Origin: Eledone cirrhosa
Taxonomy: Eukaryota
DNA length: 64,000 bases
Direction of reading: 5' to 3'
Assembly (NCBI GenBank): GCA_964016885.1
Contig: OZ024742.1
Span: forward strand, 304,544,001 to 304,608,000
Shown here: positions 29,619-42,444 of the stretch, piece by piece
Layout of the letters: every line of letters starts with the position of its first letter
Position numbering within the stretch: position 1 is the stretch's first letter
Notes under the pieces: model-generated
The model's database searches: none
The model's input: the letters and a program-made list of their open reading frames with translations, nothing else
What the model was told of the DNA's origin: nothing
Position numbers and translations under genes: made by a program

Positions 29619-29812
29619 GTTGTTTGGCCGCAGGTCAGCTACAATTGAGCATCCGTTTCAACAATATTCCAGCCGTGATCATTCTATATTTCTATATATC
29701 AGGCATACTAGGTTTCAAAGTATCTTTATTAGGGATTATATAGACTGATTTGAGCTAGATTTAGCTGCTATATCTAGCAAGTTGTTTAATCATATGCATG
29801 CTTTCCCATTGC
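29619..29812 (-). mobile_element. Degenerate SINE of a further family (related pieces at ~11085-11160, ~35432-35575, ~36528-36703; opposite strand ~57850-58015)
   Basis: Shared gttgttt-gcc-caggtcag...ttccagccgtga...gatttagctgcta-atctagc motifs. Confidence 0.55.
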
Positions 29813-31021
29813 CGGTAAGACGTGAAGGACTAGATTCTAATGTTTTTCAATATTATACGCACATATACATATATAGGCTGTTTTGGCAGGGAAATCAATG
29901 TCCGAAAGTTAATCCTTATTGGGAATAGCGTTGGTAAAGCTTTTGATAAAAGGCAATATATAAATTGGAGACTGTTTATGAAGAGGATAGATTAGGAACA
30001 CTTCAAAAGACACCTTATTATGTAGATTGTGCACGTTATTTGAAGAGAATAACATGTTGACTGCCGATAGCATATAATCTGAATAATATGTAGAATGGAA
30101 ACACAGGGGAGACGCACGGACATTATGCAAAATAGAACAGCCTCGTAAAGATAATATTACGTAAATTCTAAGTCAGATTGGAGAACGTAAATGTGACCTG
30201 ATACTCGTCTTGTATCCTCCGCTTGTTCATTTTCAAAGATTATACATTTATAAATTTGTCAATTGCCTGGCAGGAATAGCGTTGTAAATGTTAGAATTCT
30301 TCTATTGCTACTCAATTGCTGAAGATGTTGACTACTACATACAGATGGCTTAGAACAGGCTATGTTTCACAGTTTCATGCCTGACTTCACAATTGACCAA
30401 CTCGTACTGATTGAGTTGTTAAAATAGGCATCGGTTGAAAACTTTTGAATGAGACGTTGTTTTCGCTAAGGGGGTCTTTAAACAAAATGAAGTTTGTCTG
30501 CAGCACGAGCTTGTTAACCTGGTCAACGGCTGTACATAATCCTAGGTTTTCTATAAACAGCGAAGCTATACATCCGCGAATGATATAATGGACATAAAAC
30601 TCAAAGAGAGCTCTTTTATATTATTGTCCTATCTGTTTAAGGCATATATGAATAGGAAGCGTATAAAAGGTTCAAGCTATCCGCTGAAAATAGTCCTGAT
30701 TACACATACACACAATTGCACAGTCGCATACACACGCTCACATAAATATGCTAATACCTTCAAAGTGCAATATATTTATAGATCCACCTCATTTCCATTG
30801 CTCATAACAATTTCATTTCGGATGAAAGTATTAGAGAGGTGAATGAATGAATATTCCCGGACTGATAAACACGGAGCAACATTACTACCTCGCCTTTGAA
30901 TCCATGGAGGATGGCTCCGTGACTTCAGATGTTTTAATAGCGCTACAACCGCTATAGACACACAGTATGTTGCTGCACAGATATATGTTTATACATTACA
31001 CTATCACACTCACATACTTGT

Positions 31022-31025
<4 letters not shown>

Positions 31026-31060
<35 letters not shown>

Positions 31061-31089
31061 TGTGTGTGTGGGGAGGGGGGGGGGGGGCT

Positions 31090-31142
<53 letters not shown>

Positions 31143-31145
31143 TGT

Positions 31146-31196
<51 letters not shown>

Positions 31197-31220
31197 TGTA
31201 TGTGTGTGTGTGTGTGTGTG
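31026..31220. repeat. (GT)n microsatellite with a poly-G insert
   Basis: Direct run; other (CA/GT)n tracts at 13206-13272, 14081-14215, 15107-15183, 34275-34383. Confidence 0.95.
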
Positions 31221-31269
31221 CGCGCGAGAACGTACACACACACACAGACACATATAAATAGATAAATAA

Positions 31270-31314
<45 letters not shown>

Positions 31315-31465
31315 GAAACAGAGAGAGAAAGAGACTGATTGAAATACATTTGCATGTTCTAGCAGCAAGATCAGTAGACATTCATTTATATATGCATACA
31401 TAGGTATACGTATTTCGTTGCCTTTGCACTTTTAACTTATCTTACGCGCACGTGCACACATACAG

Positions 31466-31519
<54 letters not shown>

Positions 31520-31932
31520 TTATATATGTATGTATAAAGATGTGTTTATGTATGAGTTTTCTTATACATTTTTGGGTGATATTATGCAATTATTAGATAA
31601 ATAAATTAAATAAATCATTGTTATTATTATTACCATTGCATCATACTTAGATATAAAGTTGTCAACGCAAATGCTAATAAGAACATTGCAAAAAGTTGGT
31701 TGTATGTAATACAATGTTGCAGAATTTTGAAGATTAGTTATAATCCTTAGCTTCTTATATGTCTCCGATGTACGTAGCTTTATATTCAGACGGAATTCAC
31801 TCAAATATTGTTAAATGTATGTGTGTGGGGGTGCGCGTTCGTGTGTGCAAGTGAATGTGTATACATGTAGATATGTATGTATTCAGGTCTACATGTAACC
31901 TTTAGCAAATTTAGAGCTGTCTGTATATATGC

Positions 31933-32690
31933 ATGCAGTTATCTGGCTACAACCAAAGAGACAGAGTCAGAGTATACGAAGGAGCCATGGAAAAGTATAA
32001 GATCCTCATAGAACTGGACATGAAAGGAATTTGCCCATTATACAGGAGCAAATCATGGAATAGCTTAGATAGGGCTAGACATAAGATAGGGAAAGCCACC
32101 TCATGGTACGACAACCAGAGATACCAGAGTGTCATATTTGTGGACGCCACCCCTGGAGGGAAATTAGCTAACCAGTGTAGAAAGGCCCTGAGAAAGACCC
32201 ACTTAAAAAAAATAAAGGCGGTAGAAAAGCCAGGAACCACCATAAAATCCCTGATCAGCAAAACCTACCCTTGTAAGAAAACCCACTGTACCAATAGGAA
32301 ATGTATCATATGTAAGGTGAACCCCGGATAAACTGTAAAACTAGAAACGTAGTCTATAGCATAAGATGTACAGAGGGTACTTGCAGAAACATGACAACAA
32401 CATACATAGGTGATACAACTCGTAGCATAGGTGAAAGGATGGACCAACACTGGGGGGAACTAAAAGGACGAAAAAACGGGTCAGTACTATACGAACATGC
32501 TAGACAACAACATGATGGTAACATAGACAACATAGAAATTAGAATAATATCTAAACATAGAAATGACCCAGCAGATAGGCAAATCAGAGAGGCCAGTGAA
32601 ATAGAAATTAGAAGACCAAAGTTAAACAGAAAGAATGAATGGAATAACAACAACACCCAAACAAACAACACTTACCTAAGAGAAGTATAA
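31933..32690 (+). pseudogene. PLE ORF C-terminus (RT thumb/linker plus GIY-YIG endonuclease), one frameshift at ~32328
   Basis: ORFs 31933-32331 and 32391-32690 join with a 1-nt correction: ...CKKTHCTNRKCIICKVNPG/INCKTRNVVYSIRCTEGTCRNMTTTYIGDTTRSIGERMDQH...LYEHARQQHDG...RQIREA...PKLNRKNEW (VVY...YIG, R, E, N and HxxxxH motifs). Confidence 0.9.
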
Positions 32691-32928
32691 ATAAGTAAAT
32701 AAAATAAGATAAATAAATAAATACATACACAAGCACAATAACAACAAGCACATAAACACACACTAGTCACCCATCACACAGCAAACATAACACTATACAC
32801 ACACGCAAACACATGCGCAAAGGAGACGAAATAAAATAAACAAACAAACAAGCAAATAAATAAATAAATATATAGACAGACTGAATAAAAATGGCGTAGA
32901 CATACACCACAACAGGAGGAAAATATAA

Positions 32929-32972
32929 CACCACTGACGATGTTGCAGATGTGCAACGAAAGATTTATGATA
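32929..32972 (+). ncRNA. Degenerate minimal hammerhead motif in the PLE 3' region
   Basis: CTGACGA (32934-32940), stem II GTTGCA/TGCAAC, GAAA (32958-32961), GatTT-A; stem I weak. Confidence 0.55.
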
Positions 32973-34270
32973 AACTATATATATGTGTTTGTGTCTATAT
33001 TGTATCTGTATTATTTTTGACCGTCGGTCAGTCAATGGCAACATTGAGGACCGAGTAAGTTAGATTACCCATATAAAAGACAGCGAGAAGCGAAAACCAA
33101 CCAAACAGTGAGTGTGTTCTGTTATTAATTCTGGCAATATTACACAAATATGACCCTCTCCAAGTATAACAATATTTGTTTCGACACACGATTTCATATA
33201 AAAAACCTCGCAAAACTAATTCATCGCCGCTATATATATATATATATATAAAGCTAGTTACTGAGTAAGAAGTAAATCTTTGAATCTATTTGAGTATCAA
33301 ATGTGATACATTGTTAAATTTGGGATAACTTACGTCTCATCCTTATTTCGTTTCTTCATTGATCGGGGTATTCCTCCCTTCTCACCACTCGATAATTAAC
33401 TTTTCAACCGTAATCCGTTCTTTCCTTGAATCTCATTAAATATTCTGTAATGTTAAGCAAAATAATATAATTCGTATCATTTGAAACAATATGATATATA
33501 TCTATATAACAGTATGATATATATCTATGCGTTATTAAAATACATTTTTGTGTTTGATAATATCAATCCTCAGTTATATTGTAGAGAGCACGATAACTTT
33601 AATTCATCAAATGATACCCTATTGCCTTTTTGGTTAAATGTTGGTGTCAGATAACACATTTGTGGGTTTGATCAGTTGTAGGTGGAGTGTTTTTTTATTT
33701 GATCAAATATATATAATTTCTATTGAACTCAGCAGTATAGAGTTAAACATTGCTTAATTCCTGGGTCCATTTTCCCGCTAATATTCATAGTTAACAACGA
33801 CAGACTTTGAGAAAATACTCCCATTGAAAATAGGTAAATACCATACAACATTGGTAACTCAGCCAAACGGCGACAAGGATTACAATTGAAAATCAAAATC
33901 ACATATTTTTCAAAGGAATTGATGCAATAAAGTCCCTATTGACTAGAACTATATATATAGTTTTACGAACTGAGGTACACCACACAGCAAATGAGCTTTG
34001 CTCTCCAATAAACGGCTCGGTGGCATTTCCTTACCAGCAAAAACATTTTTTCGTCTTGTAAATATTAACTTATGAAATTTCTCAAAATAATAGCACACGG
34101 CGATGGACCGTATTCCACAAAACGTTTATTGTGCTCTCCCATATCACACATTATATATAAATTTCTATATCTCTTCTCCCTTTAGATATTTTCTCACTTC
34201 TCTTTTTCACTAAATTTTGAATTGGGTGCTTCACCATTTGCAGTTTTGAGTGCTTATAGGAAGATGGAAA

Positions 34271-34386
<116 letters not shown>

Positions 34387-34439
34387 TTATATACATATAT
34401 ATATATATTTATCTAAAGACTAAAGTCAGTCTTAAGCCA

Positions 34440-34690
34440 GAAGGCAAATTTGTCCGGTGCATATCCCGGTTTCATGGCATGAAGTGACTGAGAGTACAAG
34501 ACTCACTCCTGGACAGGACGCCAGTCCATCGCAAGATTAAATCTCCAGCTATTGCTGGTACTCCTTTTCGGCTGAGTTTATGTACACCAACGTAAAATGA
34601 AGTGTGATGAAGTATTTTGCTCAAAAACACAACATGCAACCCATGACATTATGATCGTAAGTTGAACACCCTTACCACTAGGCCACGTGG
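34440..34690 (-). mobile_element. CORE-like SINE, near full length
   Basis: Minus-strand head cacgtggcctagtggtaagggtg (A-box-like) and tgtgtttttgagcaaaatactt core. Confidence 0.75.
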
Positions 34691-34717
34691 CTCCATACAT
34701 ACACACACCCACACACC

Positions 34718-34771
<54 letters not shown>

Positions 34772-34811
34772 CATATATATACATATATATACATACATAT
34801 AAATATATACT

Positions 34812-34901
<90 letters not shown>

Positions 34902-36990
34902 TATATATACATACATATAAATACATACTCACACACACACACACAAACACACACACATATATATATATTGCACGTTGAAGATATACGAAACGTAATAGTG
35001 GCCCTCTGTAGCCATGATATAATTCAAAAACAACACCTCAGCCAAACAGAGCTAATATTCAAATGAGTAACCAGACCATTCGCAGAAATCATTTATAAAA
35101 TGCGTTGGTTGGCAGTAAAATGCACGTTTCTCTAAATTGTGCAGTAGTGTCTGTTTTATAGCCCCAAGTGATACTGACGACATTGCATTTGTCTTTAGAA
35201 TTCCCAGGAAACAAGTGCATGTTTCATGGCGAGCACTAATTCGGACTTGAAGATAGCCGGCGGCTTCATGAATATGCAAGAGGGGAATTGATGATGAAGA
35301 ATTTTATAACATTGGCAATAAAGTTTTTTTTTTTATATATTATAAGTGTTATTGATGTGATTGATGATAGTGGTGATGATTGTATAGCTGTTTTAGTCCT
35401 AGCAAATGATATTGAATGTAATCTTATTTTCAGTTGTCATTTAGCCTCAGGTCAGTTCTAATTGAGTAGACCTATGATCAAAAACTTTCCAGCAGTGACT
35501 CTCGGTCTTTTATTCTGGACGGGTACGATTTGATGGAAATTTCGTTGCTATTTCGTATAGATCGGATCACGTCGTTTCAGTTATTGCTTCTGTTAATGGT
35601 GGTTTGGATTTACTTTTGAATATAGAAGCATAATCTATATTTCTCTCATCATAGCATTAGTATAGTAGTTTTCATCGCTATAGTTAATCTCTACTGGCAG
35701 CAGAAATAGTACTCATGGTTGTAAAAAATAACATCTGTAGGGGTATATATTGCACAGTATTAGCCGTTAGTGAAAACTGATAATACATCATACTAGTGAG
35801 TTATAGTAGTATTTATTTTATTAATATTGTTCTAAGAAAGAAATTTTTCTGGATACAGAGTTTAAATATCTGTCGAATTGGATTTAGCCATACTAGGGTG
35901 GATAAAATAAATACCACTCACATATGGAAGTCAATTTGATAGACTTTTCCCTTATCTTACAGAATTATTGGCTTTGTTCCTAAATGAACCATCACCACCA
36001 CCACCACTCTCATTATTCAGAACTTCATCATTATTAACGACAACACCATCAGTAGTAGTAGTAACAGCAATATTAGTATTAATATTTGTAGTAGGATTAG
36101 TATTAGTTGTAGCAGCAGCATTAGTAATGGTAGAAGTAGTTGTAGCAGCAGGCGCAGTATTAATAGAAGTATAAGAGTTTCTTTTATTGATATTTTTTCT
36201 CTTGTTGTTTGCACTCATTTTACGAGTGATGTGAATATAAATAGTCTACACTTTTGCTATGATAATTGTCTCCATAATATTGTTCTTGTAGATTGTGTTG
36301 TTGGTGAAGTTTGTCAAGGAATGATATATTGGTGGCCTCTTTCATAAGCAGATGCTACTTACTCATGATGATCCCCTTCAGATGTTTCTGATAGTCTTAT
36401 TTGTAGCAGTGATCATAATTACGTTTGTGTCGGAGGTATATTTGTAACGATGCTTATGTTGATGGTGGCTGAAGCATTTTATATTGTCTTTGTTGTGATA
36501 GTGGTGGTGGTGGTGGTGGGGTTCTCCTTTAGCCCCAAGTCAGTCCTAATCTAGCAGAGCAATGATCAAACATATTACAGCTGTGTATATCCCTTCTTTC
36601 TTTTTCAAACCTAGTTTCTCAATGACTACATTATAAACCATGTCCCTTGTTTTTATAAAGTCAGAAGATTGTGATTACGTAGGGATTTGACTGCTGTTTC
36701 TAAAAGACTAGTGGTTTGAGTTATGGTTCTTCAGTCCGTTTGTGGCATTATAGGTTGATACATGACAGCTTTCAGAAGAGTTTGTATGGAAGAACTGGAT
36801 GTGGTGGTGGTGATTGAGATAATATTCGTGGGAATGAATGCAGAGTTTGTGGAGTCTGTTGTCATGGCGACGGTGTAAGGTTGGATTTAGCCATAGATTC
36901 AATGATTATGCTGGTTGTGGAAAGTTTTGAAAGAGATAGATTTAGATTTGATATTGGAGGAGAGGTTGATAATAATAACAATAATAATAA

Positions 36991-37170
36991 TAATTGTTTC
37001 TACTTTAGGCACAAGGCCAGCAATTAACCAGTGCATTACTGGTACTTTATTTTATCGACCCCGTAAGGATGAAAGGCAAAGTCAACCTCGGCCGGATTTG
37101 AACTCAGATCGTAAAGGGACGTAACTATGCTGGAAAGCATGTCCGACCCTCTACCGATACTACCAAATAA
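36991..37170 (-). mobile_element. tRNA-derived SINE (Deu/Nin-like domain), young copy
   Basis: Minus strand: gagttcaaatcc B-box, then gactttgcctttcatccttacggggtcgataaaataaagtacc; near-identical to 56360-56540. Confidence 0.85.
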
Positions 37171-37971
37171 TGGTACTTGCTCATGCGTTATTATATTTAT
37201 CGAGGTATGAGGAAATGGTGTTGGTATTTGAAGTACCGGTGGTCGTGTGCGTGGTGAAATGGAATGGTTAGTTATGTCTTTTTCCTTATTCAGTTGAATC
37301 ACAAATGGGTCAATATAAATTTTCATCTTTTGTGGGATCAGTTAAATATATACCAGTCATGCAATGGTGTAGATTAAATACACTATATTCCATCCCGTAA
37401 AGTTGATGTCTTTAATCTGCGTTAGATATTATGTGAACTATTTGAAATATTGTAAGATGTGGGATCTGCTTGTGTTGTTACTATTGTGTTTAAGTTATTA
37501 GTAGTTGTGATTGCAATAGTAGTACATGTAACTGACTGGGAGAAAGCATAAGGTTAAGTAAGACAAGCCTGAGTGAAATAACAGTTATTCATTCTATGTG
37601 ATGGGAAAGATTTTCTTGCATACATCGACAAGAAGTTTGTCAAAGCCGATTAAGCCAGTCTGTGTCCGGGTCCGGTGGTCTTCAACAGAAGGCAAGCAAG
37701 CGTGATGTAGGAGCGACATCAATAAAATGCAAGAAATAGTATTAAAAAAAAAAGAATCAAGAAGTATTTCAGTTTGCATGCACGTTCATGTCTGTGCGTG
37801 TGTGCTTGTTTTTCGCCTCTGGCATACTGAATCGTCACCAGAAACTTGTGCAGCCAACATTAGGTGACGGAGGAGGGTGATTAAATTGTATATTGGTGCT
37901 TCGAAATCACTGACGCAGATGTATCTGCCACATGTCACATGGTGTAAGTACGTGTGACTGCGTGTACTCAC

Positions 37972-38042
37972 ACATTCATGTATTTCCCTATTCGTTACTA
38001 TGTATATATAGATATACATATATATATATATATACACACACA

Positions 38043-38103
<61 letters not shown>

Positions 38104-38172
38104 TACATCCGAACATTTGAACAAATACATATATATATATATATACATAGTAACGAATACAGAAATACATGA

Positions 38173-38176
<4 letters not shown>
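37972..38176. repeat. Inverted duplication (~40-bp arms) around (TA)n
   Basis: acattcatgtatttccctattcgttactatgta / tacatagtaacgaatacagaaatacatgaatgt. Confidence 0.85.
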
Positions 38177-38209
<33 letters not shown>

Positions 38210-39184
38210 GGCATAGTTTATGACGGTTTATATATGTATATAATTATTCATCGCAGGAGGCATATTTCTGCAAATATAGATATTTAAGAATCAAGAAATT
38301 AGCTATAACATAATATATATGTATAGAAATAAATTGGTTGTTGCTTCTTATCTTAACATCATAGGCATAACCTGATTGTTACGAACCACTTCATAATATG
38401 CAGCAACTATTAGAAAACACAGATACTTTTTCATCTAAGCGTGTCTTTCAAAACTACTATAGCCCTGTCTGTATCACCTCACAAAAAATCTCAGTTTATA
38501 TGTATAACATCACACGTAACAAAGAAAATATGGTAAAGGAACGATGGAAACTTTGTTTTCTTTTTCTTTCCATTTCCAATATTATATGCTGTCCGTAACA
38601 CAAGACAATGAATCACGACTTCTATGGAGAAAAGAAGCGAGATCTGAACTCAAAATGCATTTAGCTTGAACAGATACTGCAAAAAATCCAATCCTAATAA
38701 TTCTACTAATTAACCACAACCGCAGCTAATTTCAGTGACACTTAGCTTACTTCAAAATTAAGTTGAAGTTCTCCATATACTTTCTATGACTGCGAGCTCC
38801 TCCAAAAACATAAGCCGTCTTGGTGAATTCTACATATTGTTGTTCTTGTTTTGACAACACCTATGTCAGCACCTCTCTCTGGCAACATGAACATTTCCAG
38901 TAGAATGTATCTTCAACCGCTGTTATACAACGTTATATGGCATCCCGTTAAGAACTATTATACTGAAATTATCAATTAGAACGATATTTCCGAGAAATCA
39001 TTTTTTACTGAATAGTACAAAAACGGTAGGTGTATATTTGCACACGATGTACGTATATACAGATTATTTCAGAAGATATGTATAGGTGTAGATATATATA
39101 GGCAGATAAAATGATTGTATGATTTATTGCATATATTTTATAGACACCACTATATATATATATACGTGTGTGTGTGTTCATGTG

Positions 39185-39256
<72 letters not shown>

Positions 39257-39258
39257 CA

Positions 39259-39351
39259 CAGGGTGTCCCCAAAATATACACATTTTGATTACATGTGCAG
39301 GCAATATTCATTAGAATGCTGTTGAAGTGGGTATACATTGTTTTGAAACAT

Positions 39352-39355
<4 letters not shown>
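39259..39355. mobile_element. Tc1/mariner-type MITE
   Basis: cagggtgtccccaaaa-tatacac...gggtatacattgttttgaaacatccta imperfect TIRs; relative at 8674-8751. Confidence 0.6.
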
Positions 39356-39402
<47 letters not shown>

Positions 39403-39654
39403 AATAGAATGAAACGAAATTTCATTTCTCACTCTAATACGGCAGTTACTTAAATGTAAGTATGTATGTACATATATGTATACAGACGTACAGTAGTATG
39501 TATATATATACATACATGCACACATATATATATATGCACGTATCGGTTTACCGAACATTTATTATAATGCTCGGTTTGTAAACAAACAAACAGCCCGAAT
39601 TACGCCGTACAGTGTTTAGGCAACCACGTCACCTTTTTGTTCAACACTGACACA

Positions 39655-39709
39655 GGAACGATGTACTAGTTTCAAGCTTATTAGCTATCGTCAGCATCGT
39701 ATACCTTCC
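39655..39709 (-). ncRNA. Type I hammerhead ribozyme, copy 1
   Basis: Minus strand: GGA agguau ACGAUG-CUGACGA-u AGCU aaua AGCU u-GAAAC-UA-GUA^-CAUCGU UCC; complete core; predicted cleavage between 39664 and 39663. Confidence 0.92.
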
Positions 39710-39832
39710 TGCCAGATGGTTGAACGTCTGAAAGTATATACTTTCCTCATGCATATTAATGGCTGAGCAGCCTAATGTGCATATCGAGTGAGTTTAGTCG
39801 GCCGGGCGCAACGAAAACGATAAATGAAATAA

Positions 39833-39884
<52 letters not shown>

Positions 39885-39935
39885 GTCGTACAGTGTTTCG
39901 GCAACCACGTCACCTTTTTGTTCAACACTGACACA

Positions 39936-39990
39936 GGAACGATGTACTAGTTTCAAGCTTATTAGCTATCGTCAGCATCGTATACCTTCC
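39936..39990 (-). ncRNA. Type I hammerhead ribozyme, copy 2
   Basis: Identical to copy 1. Confidence 0.92.
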
Positions 39991-40113
39991 TGCCAGATGG
40001 TTGAACGTCTGAAAGTATATACTTTCCTTATGCATATTAATGGCTGAGCAGCCTAATGTGCATATCGAGTGAGTTTAGTCGGCCGGGCGCAACGAAAACG
40101 ATAAATGAAATAA

Positions 40114-40173
<60 letters not shown>

Positions 40174-40224
40174 GTCGTACAGTGTTTCGGCAACCACGTC
40201 ACCTTTTTGTTCAACACTGACACA

Positions 40225-40279
40225 GGAACGATGTACTAGTTTCAAGCTTATTAGCTATCGTCAGCATCGTATACCTTCC
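40225..40279 (-). ncRNA. Type I hammerhead ribozyme, copy 3
   Basis: Identical to copy 1. Confidence 0.92.
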
Positions 40280-40402
40280 TGCCAGATGGTTGAACGTCTG
40301 AAAGTATATACTTTCCTTATGCATATTAATGGCTGAGCAGCCTAATGTGCATATCGAGTGAGTTTAGTCGGCCGGGCGCAACGAAAACGATAAATGAAAT
40401 AA

Positions 40403-40458
<56 letters not shown>

Positions 40459-40509
40459 GTCGTACAGTGTTTCGGCAACCACGTCACCTTTTTGTTCAAC
40501 ACTGACACA

Positions 40510-40564
40510 GGAACGATGTACTAGTTTCAAGCTTATTAGCTATCGTCAGCATCGTATACCTTCC
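40510..40564 (-). ncRNA. Type I hammerhead ribozyme, copy 4
   Basis: Identical to copy 1. Confidence 0.92.
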
Positions 40565-40687
40565 TGCCAGATGGTTGAATGTCTGAAAGTATATACTTTC
40601 CCTATGCATATTAATGGCTGAGCAGCCTAATTTGCATATCGAGTGAGTTTAGTCGGCCGGGCGCAACGAAAACGATAAATGAAATAA

Positions 40688-40744
<57 letters not shown>

Positions 40745-40988
40745 AATATATAAACGGAGAAAGCCATTAGCGATACTTCGACCAATTTCCAACTCACTCA
40801 ACAAACATTAGGAAATACCGGAGTATATTCCCAATTAAACGTTTGGGGCGCTAACTATATTGTATTGTGTGGATAATTGGCTGTATTATTTTATATGAGA
40901 TATGTTAAAGATCTCATTCCCCAAACGAATCGTTTCATTATAAGATTTCTACATGGTGGGTGAAATTATACCAAGTTATGTAGGAGCT

Positions 40989-41076
<88 letters not shown>

Positions 41077-41077
41077 C

Positions 41078-41109
<32 letters not shown>

Positions 41110-41456
41110 ATATATATATATATATGAATATCTATAAAATACACCATCATTCCAGGGCAGTGAACTGGCAGGACTTCAGACAAGATACATTGCGACATTT
41201 GTTCCAGCACTCTGCGTTCAAAGTTTAATCTCCTCTTATGGACTACGTAATCCGTCGTTTTTGTTTTAAACCACTGTCTAGTCATTTGATGTCTTTCTTG
41301 ATGCAGAATCATTTGTTAGCATTCGGGCCTGGTCTCTGGTTTCAAGAGAGCTTCCTCCCTTCTTTTGTCATTCTCTTTTTCATATCCCAAGAGATTAAAA
41401 TGCTTGTGTTGCACTGCTCTTCTCTCCCTAACTATATATATATATATATATATATA

Positions 41457-41613
41457 GGAACCAGCTGAGCTCAAGATGTTTCGTCGAAACGGCTTGAGCT
41501 CAGCTGTCGGGGTCTTACTGGTCTTACTGGTTCCTATTACCCACTCTACTACCCCAAGTATTGAGTACTTTGGTGCGTTATGGTCCACCTGGTTCCTTAC
41601 CACATTTCCTTCG

Positions 41614-41615
<2 letters not shown>
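41457..41615 (+). mobile_element. Fold-back family A, second copy
   Basis: Tail identical to 697-777; shorter fold-back turning at tttcg-t-cgaaa; GAAAC at 41486-41490, GTC at 41506-41508; in (TA)n. Confidence 0.75.
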
Positions 41616-41659
<44 letters not shown>

Positions 41660-42444
41660 AAGTTGTTCAAAGAAAACCTTTAAAAGTGGACATTCGTTAA
41701 TGTTACTTCGTTGGGTATAAAATGCATAAGAATATTCTTATCGATGTAAGAAATTGAATTTCATTCATATTTACTGTTTGATATAAAATATTTTGTCAGT
41801 AGCAAATTCAAAATGGAAAAAGAATTTACACACATGTTTTAGAAATACATCTGGTATTGATTCAGCCAATATTTCAGTGAAACCGTTCTTTCTGGAGGCA
41901 CTTAGTACTACGAACTGAGCCAGCAATTACTCCTCATCGTAATGAGTTAACTGCTCTTGTTGACGTGATAGAATTCGAGGTTTGTACTTTCATATACAGC
42001 TCGTTTCGAATTTCCCTGAACTTCTAATGTGATTCTACCCACAACTACAATATGCTAAAAATGTTGCTTAAATTTCTCAATTGAATTTGATAACTTAATG
42101 GTGAATTGTTGATAGTGAAGGGAAGAGAACAAGGAGAGAAAGAATCTAAACTGAATTACTTCTAACCCACGAATTCTACGACGTTATCAATATATGCTGG
42201 CACACAAACTGTGATGTAAATATTAACTGCTGAACTTTCCAAAATACTGTCATTTCAACTCACACGATGAAGAAGAAAATTTAGGTTGATAGTACTAATA
42301 TATTTGCCTGAAAATATCTAAACGAACTAATGAATTTCTGAGTTTTATTCTAACTAATGGTAACTCAGTTTCGTAAAGGGCTCTTCCGCTTAAATATTCG
42401 CTGCACCAAAATACTTTATATATATATATACATATATATATATA

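Larger units (their letters stand above)
31933..33230 (+). mobile_element. 5'-truncated Penelope-like retroelement (C-terminal GIY-YIG class)
   Basis: Post-RT region, Cys-rich linker and GIY-YIG ORF, followed by a 3' region with a hammerhead motif ending at (TA)n; 3' region repeated at 18103-18430. Confidence 0.88.
39601..40694 (-). mobile_element. Tandem array of 4 hammerhead-containing units separated by (TA)n (non-LTR retrozyme or PLE pseudo-LTR array)
   Basis: ~237-bp units starting at 39601, 39882, 40171 and 40456 (periods 281, 289, 285), differing by only a few substitutions. Confidence 0.9.

Noticed and set aside
35952-36218. Thr/Asn-rich and hydrophobic ORFs on both strands
   Set aside because: Decayed (GTA/GCA)n low-complexity sequence
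39885-39918. Second hammerhead-like string in each array unit (minus strand GUGACGU-GGuugCC-GAAAC-acu-GUA)
   Set aside because: Core mismatches at positions 3 and 9 and no stem I; at most a relic
39756-40621. ORFs within the array (e.g. 39775-40047)
   Set aside because: They run through (TA)n whose length differs between units, so the frame is not conserved
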